Source: Balanoglossus misakiensis (taxonomy: Eukaryota; Animalia; Hemichordata). From it: DNA of 64,000 nucleotides. The position numbers and the translations under genes are program-made. This document shows positions 38,601 to 50,921 of the stretch, piece by piece. Under the pieces are notes generated by a model, which was given only the letters and a program-made list of their open reading frames with translations, did not search any database and had not been told where the DNA came from. Location of the stretch: the NCBI GenBank assembly GCA_040954595.2, contig CM082587.2, forward strand, positions 8,251,403 to 8,315,402. The letters run 5' to 3'. Each line of letters opens with the position of its first letter. Position 1 is the stretch's first letter.

Positions 38601-41600
38601 GCTAGCAACCAGTTGCTACGGTAATCAACCAAGTCTCATAATGAGCAGAAAATCATCTATTATGACTTAAGAAAGAGTCGTAAGTACTACAAACGGTGAG
38701 GGCATGTTGAAAACTGCTTGGCTTATTCTGCTTTTGGTTTGTGTCACTACATCCCAGACTGCAAAATGGCTAAACTGATTTTTGACAACAAGATCGATGT
38801 AAACTTTGCAAGATAGAAATACAAACTTGTTACATTTCGTCATACAGAGTTTCGCCTAGTTTGCACATTGTACGGGAAAATATCCAGCATCTTCCCCGGA
38901 ATTTCTGCTATGGTGGGTTTCTCCGGTGAGTTAGGGGTTCCTAAGAAAATCACAATGTCAAATGGCAATGTCATTGCTTTCAAGAACATGACGAGGTCTT
39001 TTATTTTTCTCAAATATGGCAATTATTTGAAGGTTAGGGGTTTTCCTAGTGGCTCTACTTCTAACCAAATATAAATGTACATGTACATGCCTCGACAAAG
39101 ACTGAAATATGCGCAAATTAGCAATACTGTCATGATACTCAACTATCTTTCAATGCACCTATTCCCGATTATATTTTGCCATCTATATGAAATTAGCATC
39201 TCTGGCAAGTTTCATTAAATCTTTTCAGTAAATCCAGAATTATTATGGGGACTACACAAATCAGTTAAATAATGCAAAGTAGCATTTAATTAACATGTCA
39301 CAGGTAAATGCCTGATCAAAGTATGTGCAGTAATTTCAGAAATATAATTCCAAAAGTTAATTTGATACGCAAATTTGCGGTTTATTGATTAGACACTGCA
39401 ACATGTCCCCACTTCAGGTTATCCTGGTGTGAGAACAATATCAATCAAGTTTTATAAAATTTTGTGTAAGAATGTATCTCCAATGTTAGATGCAATAACT
39501 GAAGCCAAGGTGGGTGAGTTGGGTGACACATCCAGCCATCCAACCAGCCCACCATGGCTACAATTATTGCAGTGTTACTGACTCCAATGTCAATTTCATC
39601 TTCTAAGTAATGTGCTTCATAATTTAAAATAATAGTAAAAGTGACATCACTATAGAATTAATTTTTTTATACCATGCTACAAGTACATGTAATACAAATA
39701 TGAAGAGTTATAAAACTGGGCCACTCACCCTTTTATCCTAAAATTGATCTGCAAAGGCTGTCTGTAAAATGTCAGAAAATTTACCGTGTGGTGCACTGAA
39801 TTAAAAAGCGATATCCTCTCTGAGCTCAAACAGAAAATCCGTTCCAATCCCCTGAAACTATTGCCAGATAAACAGACAGCTGGTCATCTTTAATCTCTAG
39901 TGTCTATGCTGTGATGTTTGAAGTGAAACTATTCATTATCAAATTTCAATATAAACCTAAACACAGTGAATTCAACACCAATGCATCTAATTGTGTCAGT
40001 TTTAATCTTCACAGTTTAATCGACACAACTGTGGGTTACAGTCAACAAATGTTTTTCTTCTCTCAATTATTCACAGCATTTATATCCTAAGGCGACTAGC
40101 AGTTATACATATATACCTGCCAGTTGCACTTTATATCATTTTCCATGTACCCGTTATGTAGAACACGAAGAAATTAAAATGTGACAGTGTACTGCTGTAG
40201 GAATTCAAAAATTATTTATGAAAACACAAAATTAATAAAAATGGGTCCACTGGTCTGGATATATTGCAAACAAAAATCAACACTCTTTCAACAATGGGCA
40301 ATTTACATACGGTTGAATTAAAATTAAATTTTACTACAGAGCTAACTAAACTCTCATACGAGTCATAGAATAAGATACTTCACTTTTTTGATTAATTCTG
40401 ACATTATTACAACATTTTATCTATTAAAAAATAACTCTTGTTAATCAAAATTCAATCGAGGCATGTTTTTAGTATTACCGGTACAAACAGACACACACAC
40501 AAGTTCCCCAGACTACATCCATGAGAGCAAAAAAAATCAGTACAAAGATCTGGATGACACTAACTTTTATCAAAACTGCACTGAGATACAAAGTCCACCC
40601 AGGTATATGATAGAATCCTGCAAGTCAGACGAAGTTCATCTGAAAGTCAGAATATTTCTGAGGTGCATATGTCATCTGAAAGAATTCACAAAACCAGCAG
40701 AGAATAAATGAGAACCAAGGAACTTTCTCACTGATATGACAATCTTGTGGAAAACATTACGTTCTGTAAGATTCTAAGAATTCAGTAATTATACGTCAAT
40801 ATTTCTTTCTTCCTTTCAACTGTCTATCACTAAATGCAAAGTCCATTTTAGACAATGCTGCCCCATTTATTTTATCTTGTCAGTCACCTCATTCATAGTC
40901 CATTGCTCGCATAAACAGAAATCTAACAAGGACCTGAGTGACCATGGCTGAAATAGTCGTCAAACGGATTGGTCTGCGCTATTACTTGTTCACACCTAAT
41001 CCTGGCCCCAGAAACAATGACAGTGCCCTCTGACTGCTGATCTATCAAACTGCACTAACGAGAACCACATCAGTGTTTCACGCCAGAACTAGAAGCGTAA
41101 TAAGACAGCTACTGTCTATTTACCATTTTAGCCTGCAGAATCATCTACCAAAATTCACTTAGAACCCAAGCCCAAATAATGCAACTACATCTTGTACCAC
41201 ACACACAAATGAAGTCAGATAGAAGATGCTACACCAAACCTATAAACACCCCATCTTACTGGACCGAAATAGACCAACTCTGGTCTGCCATACACTATAC
41301 ATACAACCCACATATTTATCGTACCATGTTGATGTTTAATATTGGACATTGGCTTGGTAATATAGCACTGTACAATATAAAATTATTATTTTTTTTGCTG
41401 TGAGGATATGAAATAACTATAATTTATAAAACCAAAAATTTGACTTACTCCAAAGGATGTACTGTGCTGCACTGATATTTTGATATTTCTGTAGGACAGA
41501 TGTTTAGTTATTTATTGTCTCCACTTATTATTATCTGACATTTGCCAGATTGTCATTCATCAGATCTGTACTGTGATCCTACTAGCATAGCAATATGAAT

Positions 41601-42036
41601 TATTCAACAACATGTCTCTGATACAATAATCAATGAAGCGTTTACGGTTTAAGGATAGAAAAACAGTGCCATGATCACAATAATAATAATTACAAGACAA
41701 AAGAAATCAACCTTGAGTAGATAGTGGGCTGCAAGGCATTTGTAAAACTTCACGATAGGTGGCTTCACATACAGATACATGTAGGTCAACAAAGGCACGA
41801 ACTTGAAGGTCAACTGAGACAATGTCATTCAATGTCAAGGCTGATTAAAATCAGCTGTAGATACAGACTCACTCCCTCTTTACTTTTGCTGGGTCTTTGC
41901 TGTTCACAGTCTACTGTAGAAAGTTGTTTTCAAATTTGTGCTTAAGCCAAGACTATCGACTAATCAGACACTGTCTTGCAAGTTGCAAGGACAAGAATGA
42001 ATTGAATATACAGACAGTCAATACACATTAGCAAAA

Positions 42037-42205
42037 TACTGTAAAACAATTTATTTTCGCGAGTTGAAATTTTCGCGTTCTATTATTTCATTCACTGCAT
42101 CGTTATCTTCCAAAAAAATTTACGCGACTTTTTATTCTACGTTATTTTGGCTCTCGCGTATTTCGCGAAAATTTATTGCTCGCGAAAATAAAGTGTTTTA
42201 CAGTA
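42037..42205. mobile_element. MITE family A copy (CTGTAAAACA subfamily)
   Basis: TACTGTAAAACAATTTATTTTCGCGAG ... CTCGCGAAAATAAAGTGTTTTACAGTA. Confidence 0.8.
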
Positions 42206-43353
42206 TGCTATTAGGAAACTCTTTGTTGTAAATTTGAATGTAAAGAAGTCAAAATTTTATAATAAAACATAAGGTGTTTATATGCACAGCTTGGCTCAGC
42301 TTGCCCAAGGCCACTACAAATGATTCCTGATTGGTATGATTTGTTTGTTTTTATTTACCAATATCTCATAGTTATAGTGTAATCTAGTGTATTGGAATTG
42401 GGTAAAACACAATCTCTTCAGCTGCAGTGAAGATTTGAACACATCGTTCTATGATAGTCTGTCAAATGTAGAAAAGCAATGTAGCATATGAATGAGATGA
42501 GAAAGACCAAGTAAAAGCTCCATGGCCGATATCAATCAGGTTGAGGGTAGATGTAGGTCAATGAAGACAGTGTCACTCAATTTCATGGGTAAAATCACCA
42601 AGATCTTCTTTTCTAATCACCTCATTAATTCAGAAGATAAGTTTTTGCTGATTCCTGGCACTCTGTAATTCAATGGCTTTTCATACTTTCTAGGGCAACT
42701 GAAATCAACGTGATACTGATAATGACATTTCTTGTACACTGTACAGGCCATCTCTCCTTGTTGGATTTCTCATTAATTTTATTATATTTTGGGATAAATG
42801 CAGAAGTATTTCAAATAAAGCTAATAAATGTGGATAAAAATCAAAACACACATGAAACTTGAAAGTTAGAAGGCAACTCTTGCTAATGCTTTCTCAACTG
42901 AGATTCGACAAGAGGTTGGACTTGAGAAAAAAACATTGCTATTAAATCACACAAGGATGCCACTATATTACCCAGTCAACATGAATGTCGTTCACCAGCT
43001 TACTGTCAAACCAATATATTTCACTCAAACGATACACAGTTCAGTATGTCAATATACTGTTCGGTGATGAAGTACATTGTACATGTAATAACGTATATCA
43101 ATATACTGCTTTAATTAATGTACTATCAATTCCCAAAGAACAATGAACAGCACCTCATTTTGTGCAACGATGGCACAATAATGCGGCCACACACAGCCAT
43201 GTCATCAAGAGGCAGATCACACAACAGTTTTATCCCACACGAACTGTCAGCATGTTGTAATTCTGCCAACGTGGATCTTGAAATAAGACACTGGTGTTAT
43301 TACTAGTTTCGATGGTGTCAAGTCCAACCACAGGCAGCAAATCAAATTTGACC

Positions 43354-43463
43354 CAATCTGATTAAAATCAGATGTAGGGAACGGCGACATGGTTTTTTTT
43401 ATGCTGTCGCCTCACATAAAAAAAACACGTCGCCGTTTCCTACATCTGATTTTAATCAGATTG
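43354..43463. mobile_element. 110-bp near-perfect palindromic MITE
   Basis: CAATCTGATTAAAATCAGATGTAGGGAACGGCGAC... paired with ...GTCGCCGTTTCCTACATCTGATTTTAATCAGATTG; flanks atttgacc / attatgacc may be a decayed TSD. Confidence 0.7.
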
Positions 43464-44829
43464 ATTATGACCAAGCCACAGCCATCAAATCCAACAATCA
43501 TGTCAACTGCACAGACCAAAAATCACAAATACGTGAACGTGACCAATGAACATGAAAAATGCAAAACTGACAATTATTCAAGGGTAAAGACTCTTCAGTG
43601 AGATAAACCTATCAACCAGAACCAATGATATTGACGTTGTTTCACTAGTCTATTGTAATTTTCAGATTAAAATTTCATACTTAAATGAAATGCTTGATTG
43701 CATAATACACATCCTTTCTTTTGATTTTTACAATGAAACGCTATAGTTTGCAGGCTATTGCCAATAATTGCGTTATTCTTTTGAAGTTTAATTATCAACA
43801 CAATGGTCATTCAATCTCAATAACCACTCATGATGAAATCCTTGCTAACACTATCATCAAATGACAAAAAACACTATTGCTATGTCAAATGTAATTAATG
43901 ACTCATTATTTAATGATGGCAATTTCAGAAAGATTTTAATATGCCTCAGCTTATAACATTCTTGTTATGGTTATGCAACTGTAAAATCAATTCACATATT
44001 AAAGGTGCCAGGAATTTTTCTGCCCGATCCTAGCAAACATTACCAGTACAAAACAGCAAAATTTTTACAGACGCCAGATCTAAACAAAAATATTTAAAGG
44101 CCCAGTATCATCTTTTTCTACATTTTCAGAAACATTGCTGTTGATTTTAAATGGCCATTTAAAAATACACAAAGATCCAGACAATGGGGCTTTAAACCCT
44201 TGCAATGGATACATTTGCAAATACATTTGCAAAACATCACTACAGCAGACACCAGGAGAGTTCTCAAAATTGAAAATATGTACATTGTGTACTGAAAATA
44301 GAAAATGCCGTTGGTCTAACAATGTTGTTTATATGGTAATTTTTTGGTACTTGGACAGACTCCAACCAACAAAACTGGAAAAATGTACTAAAATGACACC
44401 TTACTATATGGCTGGTCATGTGAAAATTGTATAAAATTGTCAATTATGTGTCTCTTTTTATAATTCTCCTTGATATAAAGTCCTCAAGCCATCAACAACA
44501 AAATAATGACACAATAATTGGCAAATTATCAAGAAACAATCAAGAAGGATTTAGATCTGCACCTGTCAGGGAATAGGCAACTGCACCAGAAATATTGTTG
44601 GAATTTATGGCAGACTACACAGAAATTCTGTTTTTCACAAAAGTATTCCTCTGATGAAAACTCTACAACAATAATGTTGAAACAAATTATCTATGATTTG
44701 AAATGCATACCAAAATTTCAATTTGAACAATAAACTGCCTGTGCGAAATGTACAAGTGTTCAATGGAAAATATTGGCAAAAAGACTGTGATGTACTTGAT
44801 GCTCAACTCTGAATTACATGTATACAGCT

Positions 44830-44922
44830 ATTCATCCAACCACCCATCCACCCATACATCCATCCAATGCAACCATCCATCCATCTGTCAATCCAACCAT
44901 ACACCTACCCACCCATCCATCT
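44830..44922. repeat. Degenerate (CCAT/CCAC)n simple repeat
   Basis: catccaaccacccatccacccatacatccatcc... seen directly. Confidence 0.7.
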
Positions 44923-46265
44923 CTCTATACAAGCCTTTGTGAAATCAATAACACTGAAATGTGTCTGAAGTAGAAGGAACTGAGGAAAGACCTTCCTACA
45001 AATCAAGACAACCTGGCTCTGCAGTCAAGCAGTGAGGACGTAATTATGTACAGGATATCCAGGAATAAAAAAATTCCCTGTCAAAGGATCTTCTCCAGGC
45101 TCAAATGAATACAACCACATAACAAGGTAACACTTATTACACAATAGACATCAAGTCATATGTCAGTTCTGAACCAATCACCAGAATGTTATTGAGACAA
45201 GGGATGTAACATACATATGACATTCAAAATAACTCAATGCCAGTAAGAATACACACAAATTACCCATAGAAAGTAAATGCCAATCATTAACAACTGATCC
45301 TGAGTAACACAAATTTTACACAATATTCTGTTTGTCAAGTTTAGGTCTCAAAACTGTACTAGTACTACTAATCACAGCTTGAAACACCATCAAGAAACAT
45401 GATAAGGTCTATACAATATGAACCACAGACACAAACATGACATGCCTCTTTTTGGAGTTGAGGATTTTATATCTATATACATATTATCAGAGACAAAAAT
45501 CGCAATAAAAAAATTGAACCCTTATTTTTTTTATTGAACTACAACACCACATATTCTAAGTTCCAAATACCTTTCTGATCCAGCACTCAAAGCATTGATT
45601 TTAAAGGGTCATACCAATTCTGTAGAAAGTCAGAGTCTCAATGCATTGGATCTCAAGTAATGATGATTAAGGGATCAACCAACCTAAAATAGGGGTGGGC
45701 TACTATTGGGATTGTTATACATACACTGACAGTGTGTATTTGGAAAGGGTCGTAGTTACCTATGAAATCATCTTTTCCAACTAAAACACAATTGGCATGA
45801 AATCTTTCTTTCTTGTGTGTCCTATAATTTTCATCTTTACATCCCAACATATGCACTGAAAGCCTAAACTACCCTCTTCATTCCTGCTTGTCATCTTGGT
45901 TCAAGAATTGCATTTCAGAGCAAAGGAAAATGTGTGAACTATCGTATTATTACATAGACACAAAAAACAATGGTGTTTACATAAATGAAGTGATGTTGTT
46001 GATTACAACCTCCAGTCTTGTCCTTTTCAAACACTATAAATTATAATACAACAGTCAGTCTCACTGCACTAACTGCCGTACCCAACATAATTGCGGAATT
46101 CCTATCCTACTTTATTAAAGACTTGCATGCCTTGTAAAATCGCTGGATGGATTTTGCTTAAATAAATCATTTCGTAAGCAGACCGTTTCTCAAGAAATCA
46201 AACGCAGAGATAAAGAAGTCGATGCGATAATTGGGCAATGCAGTCAAACGCGATGTACATCATTC

Positions 46266-46423
46266 CACAGGCTCTCAAGACGATCGCTTCGCGATGGGGT
46301 GGGGGAGGGGTGGGGTGGGGGTGGGGGGCTCAGTACCCTAAAAATTAAAATTTAATTTTTAGGGTACTGAGCCCCCCACCCCCACCCCACCCCATCGCGA
46401 AGCGATCGTCTTGAGAGCCTGTG
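46266..46423. mobile_element. 158-bp hairpin MITE with a perfect 8-bp TSD (P- or hAT-superfamily-like)
   Basis: CATCATTC-[CACAGGCTCTCAAGACGATCGCTTCGCGATGGGG ... CCCCATCGCGAAGCGATCGTCTTGAGAGCCTGTG]-CATCATTC; the whole element is palindromic apart from the length of the G-tract. Confidence 0.88.
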
Positions 46424-46763
46424 CATCATTCACTGTTCTTGCACAGAGGCCTGACTACACTTAAAAAGCGTTGACATTGATTCGCTAGTAAACTGAGCTC
46501 TGGTGTTTTATTGGCAAGCACAACGAAAAAGGGCTTTATCCTTCAATATACGTCACTGATCATCCACACACAATATATGGTCATATTCTGCCATTTTTCA
46601 CTTTTCGATCTCACTAGGTAATCAAAACAGTGAACATTATCATTACGGTACATGCATGTATTTGGTAGCAAAATGTTTTGGACTGCAGCGAGCGTCTGGA
46701 GCTGTCGCGGCGAATCGCAAAACGCTGCTGTTGATCTTGCTATAAAACGACGGTCTACGTTAC

Positions 46764-46955
46764 CTTATTGTTTCCAAACGGGATCAGACATGAAATGCGT
46801 GTCCACTTGTAGAACTGTCAGGTCACTCGCAGGCGATTTCAAATTCGGCTTCAAACACCATCATTCAATGAACATCTTGGCGTTCTCCTCCATTGACCCA
46901 AAACATCAGAAACTGCCAAGATAAGGAGTCTGATGGCTGGCTTCAATAATATGGC
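46764..46955 (-). other. Candidate non-coding first exon of the PLCL gene
   Basis: CpG-rich region; donor AAG|GTAACG at 46764/46763; upstream on the - strand lie TATATATA, a CRE and a YY1-like GCCATATT; only short uORFs inside. Inferred, with no transcript evidence. Confidence 0.45.
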
Positions 46956-47414
46956 TGTGAAGTGACGTCATATATATACACACAGCGATTAGATGCCCAC
47001 GGGGAAACAAACAAATAAATAGACAAACAAACAATTAAATAAACAATAAAGAAACAACAAGCGTCATCGAGCAGCTGATACAAGAAGTGGCCCGCGTCAA
47101 TGGATTGTTTATCATGACTGAGGTTGTTTTTCCTTTATTTTTTTATTTATACACCTATGAACTTTATCTGTTTCTTTGTTTGTTTAGTTGTCTTTCCACG
47201 AAAAGAACGCCCAATTAGCCTGTCTGGTTTCGACCCTGTAGCCGTTTGGATACCTAAGTCCTTACAAAGTACATGTACTGGGTCCTTAGTTAATGTACGG
47301 TGCGAAACAGTGAGGGGGTCAGTGCCCATTGAGCTGTTGGCACCTTGTCATTTCGCAAACCATATAAACAGTTCGCGCGAGCAATATTTATATTACTCCG
47401 TGCATTGTTAACTG

Positions 47415-47497
47415 TAGCTGCAATGATTGTAGCGGGAGCTGCTAGGTTGAATGCAACTGGTGCAACCTAGCAGCACCGGCTACAATCACTGCAGCTA
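47415..47497. repeat. 83-nt hairpin (35-bp arms with 3 mismatches, 13-nt loop)
   Basis: TAGCTGCAATGATTGTAGCGGGAGCTGCTAGGTTG / CAACCTAGCAGCACCGGCTACAATCACTGCAGCTA. Confidence 0.75.
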
Positions 47498-48034
47498 GGT
47501 TTACTTGGGGCGTTCTCACTCAGGGACGTTCGTGAGCGTAAAATTGCATTCAATGTTGATCGTAAGGTTTGTTGGTCGTATTCCTTTATCCCCCTGTTTG
47601 TTTACTTCACACGAGGCACCTGGATTAATTTTGCGAAAGCAAAGTAATAGAAACAGCCTGTTAGCAACATTGTTCCTGGTCAGATCGGGCAGCAGAGGCA
47701 TTCCCTCCCGCGCGCCGAGATCAGACACAGTCTCCTGTGTGTGCATCAGGTGATGGAGACACTTCAGTGTTTTGAGTTTCAGGGGGGAGGTTGTATTGGT
47801 CGTCACCCTCTGTGACGTCACTCCAGATTTATGTCCAAGCCATGTCACCAATTTTTATTAAATTTCGGTTTATAAATACATTAAATGCAATAAAATGTAA
47901 ATTCTATAACACGATTTCTTTCGACAACCCTTAATTCGACGATTTTCCGCCCGTACCGGCGATTCGTTCATTTATTACGATAACATACCGGTGGGGGAAT
48001 ACAAATCAAAAGAACAGCCCACGAGAGTGATATT

Positions 48035-48052
48035 CGTAATGCATTGTGGGTA
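48035..48052 (-). promoter_or_regulatory. ZNF143/Staf binding site (SBS)-like motif
   Basis: Reverse complement TACCCACAATGCATTACG fits the Staf consensus (YWCCCRNMATSCMYYRCR); lies immediately upstream of the YY1 motif. Confidence 0.6.
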
Positions 48053-48059
48053 CTCGCAA

Positions 48060-48243
48060 GTTTCAAGATGGCGGAACCGTACACAAGAAGCGTCAAACTT
48101 TGAGATTTCTAGTTTTGAAGACTCGTTTTGTGGATATCACGCGATCTTGCAGAGATAGAGACTCCTTGAAAGACAATCCCTTCCTTTACTTCATGATTTT
48201 TTGTCCAAAACTGAAACGGTGACCATACCTTTGAGAATAACAG
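48060..48243 (+). other. Candidate non-coding exon 1 of the USP44/49 gene
   Basis: Starts at the YY1 motif CAAGATGGCGG (48064-48074), typical of housekeeping transcription starts; strong donor CAG|GTAAAT at 48243/48244; next acceptor tctcccag| at 49948. Start position approximate. Confidence 0.55.
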
Positions 48244-49089
48244 GTAAATGTGCATAATGGAGTAGGCTTTTCACGTAACATTCAGCTGGCCTGCTCTACT
48301 ATCATAGGTAATACAAAACACTGGCCCGCGCCCGTAAGTACCGTCGAAATATCGATTTTTGCGTACACCCTAAGACCGTTATTCTCTAAAGTAATAGCTA
48401 TTTCCTCACGGTTGGTCCAGACCACACTCAGTCGTATGCTGTGGGTCTACAATTACAATGCTCTCTCACTCTCAGTCGTAGTCATGATTATATGGAAATC
48501 AACGCACGCTTGCATGATTCCGGATGTCTAAAGCATCAGCAGGCATTAGACATACTCCGAGACCCATATAACACACAACCAGGCATTTTCCGCATCGAAT
48601 TCGGCAAAGATTGGTCAATACATTGCAAGTTTATGGGTAACTAAGATTGCACTGTCAAGACTGAAACGAAAGGGCAATGTACCCAGGAAGTGATCTAGTA
48701 TGACCCGGCCATGCAGAATTTTTTTTATGTTACAGTTTTCGTTGTCTGTCGCCAAGACCTGATTAAGTGATTTTCCCCCGGGGTGAAGTCATTATAGTAT
48801 ATACATTGTTCTAACTCATTTGCCATACCATTTAGTATGTAACGTTAACAGTACACTTTTCATATTTTGTTACTAGTACATTGTGTATGTGTGTGGTGAT
48901 TAATGATATACCTGTCTCGAGGTTGTGGAGGAAGTTGAACTGGTGCTATTGAACTTGAAGTGTTACTGATGATGGTGACATGATGTGTACAAACTGAACT
49001 TGAAAATTATGTATTTTGGTTGCTTGGTCAGTTCTCACCAACAACTTTCAGCACATCAGTTACCAAATGATTTTTTCACAGTCGAATTA

Positions 49090-49607
49090 TAATGAACACC
49101 TATTGCCTGGCCATGAGGGCCATAGCAGCCGTTATAATATACCTCATGCTAATACTGTGCCGTGATTCGCCAGAATCCGTCACATGATAGGGAAATAGCA
49201 GAAAAAATATAAACCGATCACGTGACCAACGTGGTCACGTCAATCAGCGTCGCGTCGTCTGACACAATGGCCACCGCTGAAGATGTCGTCTGCCAGCCTC
49301 AAGAGAAAATTGCAAGATTTTCCCAGCTGTTAGCATGAGGTTTATTATAAAACACCTATAGCCTGGCCTATATTCGGGCCATAGCAGCCTACGGCCTCGG
49401 GAAATAGCATATGATTCTGGTAACTCACAGCCCCTCGGGTGTAATAAACGGCTGCTATGGCCCTCATGGCCAGGCAATAGGTGTTCATTAATAACCCTGA
49501 GGGGCTGTTAGTTACCAGAATCACGAGGTCATAGGCCGAGGGAAATAGCATGTGATTCTGGTGACTCACAGTCACAAGGCCAAAATATAGGCCAGGCCAT
49601 AGGTATT
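49090..49607. mobile_element. Family D composite: A+B element (49132-49490) nested inside an inverted B module
   Basis: 44-bp perfect inverted repeat at 49090-49133 / 49447-49490; 49132-49490 matches 6082-6492; 49491-49607 continues the inverted B module that starts at 49090. Confidence 0.7.
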
Positions 49608-50013
49608 AGAATGAGTGTGGATTGTCGTTTTGTTTTGTCAGGTTGGTGTCGATAGTTACATGTACATGTATGACACACAGGAAAACTGAATCGCTACTTT
49701 TCTCATCATCAAACCATTTGCATTCTTATGCTCAAGAACATGCAAACATCTTGTTATTAAGTAAATGATCTTTTGAATTTGTAATAAACTTAAAGATAAT
49801 TTTGTTTTCAAATCTAAAGATGTGCACTTCAACCCCTGAAATTTCAAATAACAATTTAAAATGTCATAGTCTTTGGTTTTCAAGGCGATTCAATGATGTA
49901 CCCCCGGTAATCATAATCACCTGTGTTCACTTGTGTTTCTTCTCCCAGATAGAGTTTGAAGAATATTGTGTTTTGTGTGTGACTATGGAATGAAGGGACA
50001 TAGGTGTTACAAA

Positions 50014-50121
50014 ATGGACAAGTGTAAGCATGTGAGCAAACTGCGGCTGGCCCAGGATCATTCCATCTTGAATCCACAAAAATGGCTGTGCAGGGTGTGT
50101 GGAACGACAGAAAGTGTCTGG
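50014..50121 (+). CDS. USP44: USP44/49 coding exon 1 (exon starts 49949; in-frame upstream ATG at 49990); ZnF-UBP start
   Basis: [36 protein letters not shown] resembles the USP49/USP44 N-terminus; donor TGG|gtaagt. Confidence 0.93.
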
Positions 50122-50414
50122 GTAAGTCAAGTCGAGTCAACCATGCTGTAACTTTTTACTGTTTGTCAGATTTTTTTTTTATTAAAGTGAGCCAGGTAAT
50201 GTAGATGGATGTGTGTGACACCAGCCAAACCACACCAGTGTTCTCCCTGTTGAATTTCTGGCAGAATTGACGGCTAGTTTACATCACAATATGGATGACT
50301 GATATGTTAATGAGCTTATATTGCGTTCCAAAAATACGGAGTGGCAGCCGCCGCTCTGTAATTGCTCCGGGGAGAACACTGCACACAAACCTGCTGTAGC
50401 TTCCTCATTTTCTC

Positions 50415-50511
50415 TTATCCCCCCATTTCACCATCATGGTTTTGTCCATCTCCATTGTACTCAATGGCAATGTTGGACCTCTGTACAGGGAAAAGGGGGT
50501 GAAAGGGATAA
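50415..50511. mobile_element. MITE family F, diverged copy
   Basis: TTTCACCATCATGG ... GTTGGACCT ... GGGGGTGAAAGGG similar to 62069-62162. Confidence 0.55.
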
Positions 50512-50802
50512 CAGGTAGAAGATTACAAACTGTACATGCAGATCACAATGAGTAGAGATCGCTTCACATGTACAGGTCTGCATAAACAAAGTGTATTTGT
50601 CAATGTTATGAAATTTGCAAATTATTTGACTCCATTTAATAGCAATCCCCTACAATGTGAGTTGATCATATTTTACTGAGAATGAGATAACTACTTGGAG
50701 GAGACAGACTTGATTGTATTCAATGTTTGTTCGTGCCGTCAGACTGTTTGTAGTATTCATAACATTGATTCCCAAGCAAAATTGTAAATTGTGTACTTTC
50801 AG

Positions 50803-50921
50803 GCTTGTTTAAGTTGTTCCTATGTTGCGTGTGGTCGGTATATAGAAGAACATGCCGTGAAACATTTTGAAGAGACTAAACATCCAGTTGCATTGGAAGT
50901 CAATGAAAAGTATGTCTTCTG
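50803..50921 (+). CDS. USP44: USP44/49 coding exon 2 (ZnF-UBP)
   Basis: tttcag|[40 protein letters not shown]|gtaagt; phase 0 to 2. Confidence 0.95.

Larger units (their letters stand above)
46940..48080. promoter_or_regulatory. Divergent (head-to-head) promoter region for PLCL (-) and USP44/49 (+)
   Basis: Local CpG enrichment; full CRE palindromes TGACGTCA at 46963-46970 and 47813-47820; ZNF143/Staf-like site at 48035-48052; YY1 motif at 48064-48074; genes diverge on either side. Confidence 0.6.

Noticed and set aside
606-48644. Most ORF-track entries of 60-150 aa
   Set aside because: No recognisable domains; many start at TTG/GTG or run through MITEs and microsatellites; consistent with chance in non-coding DNA.
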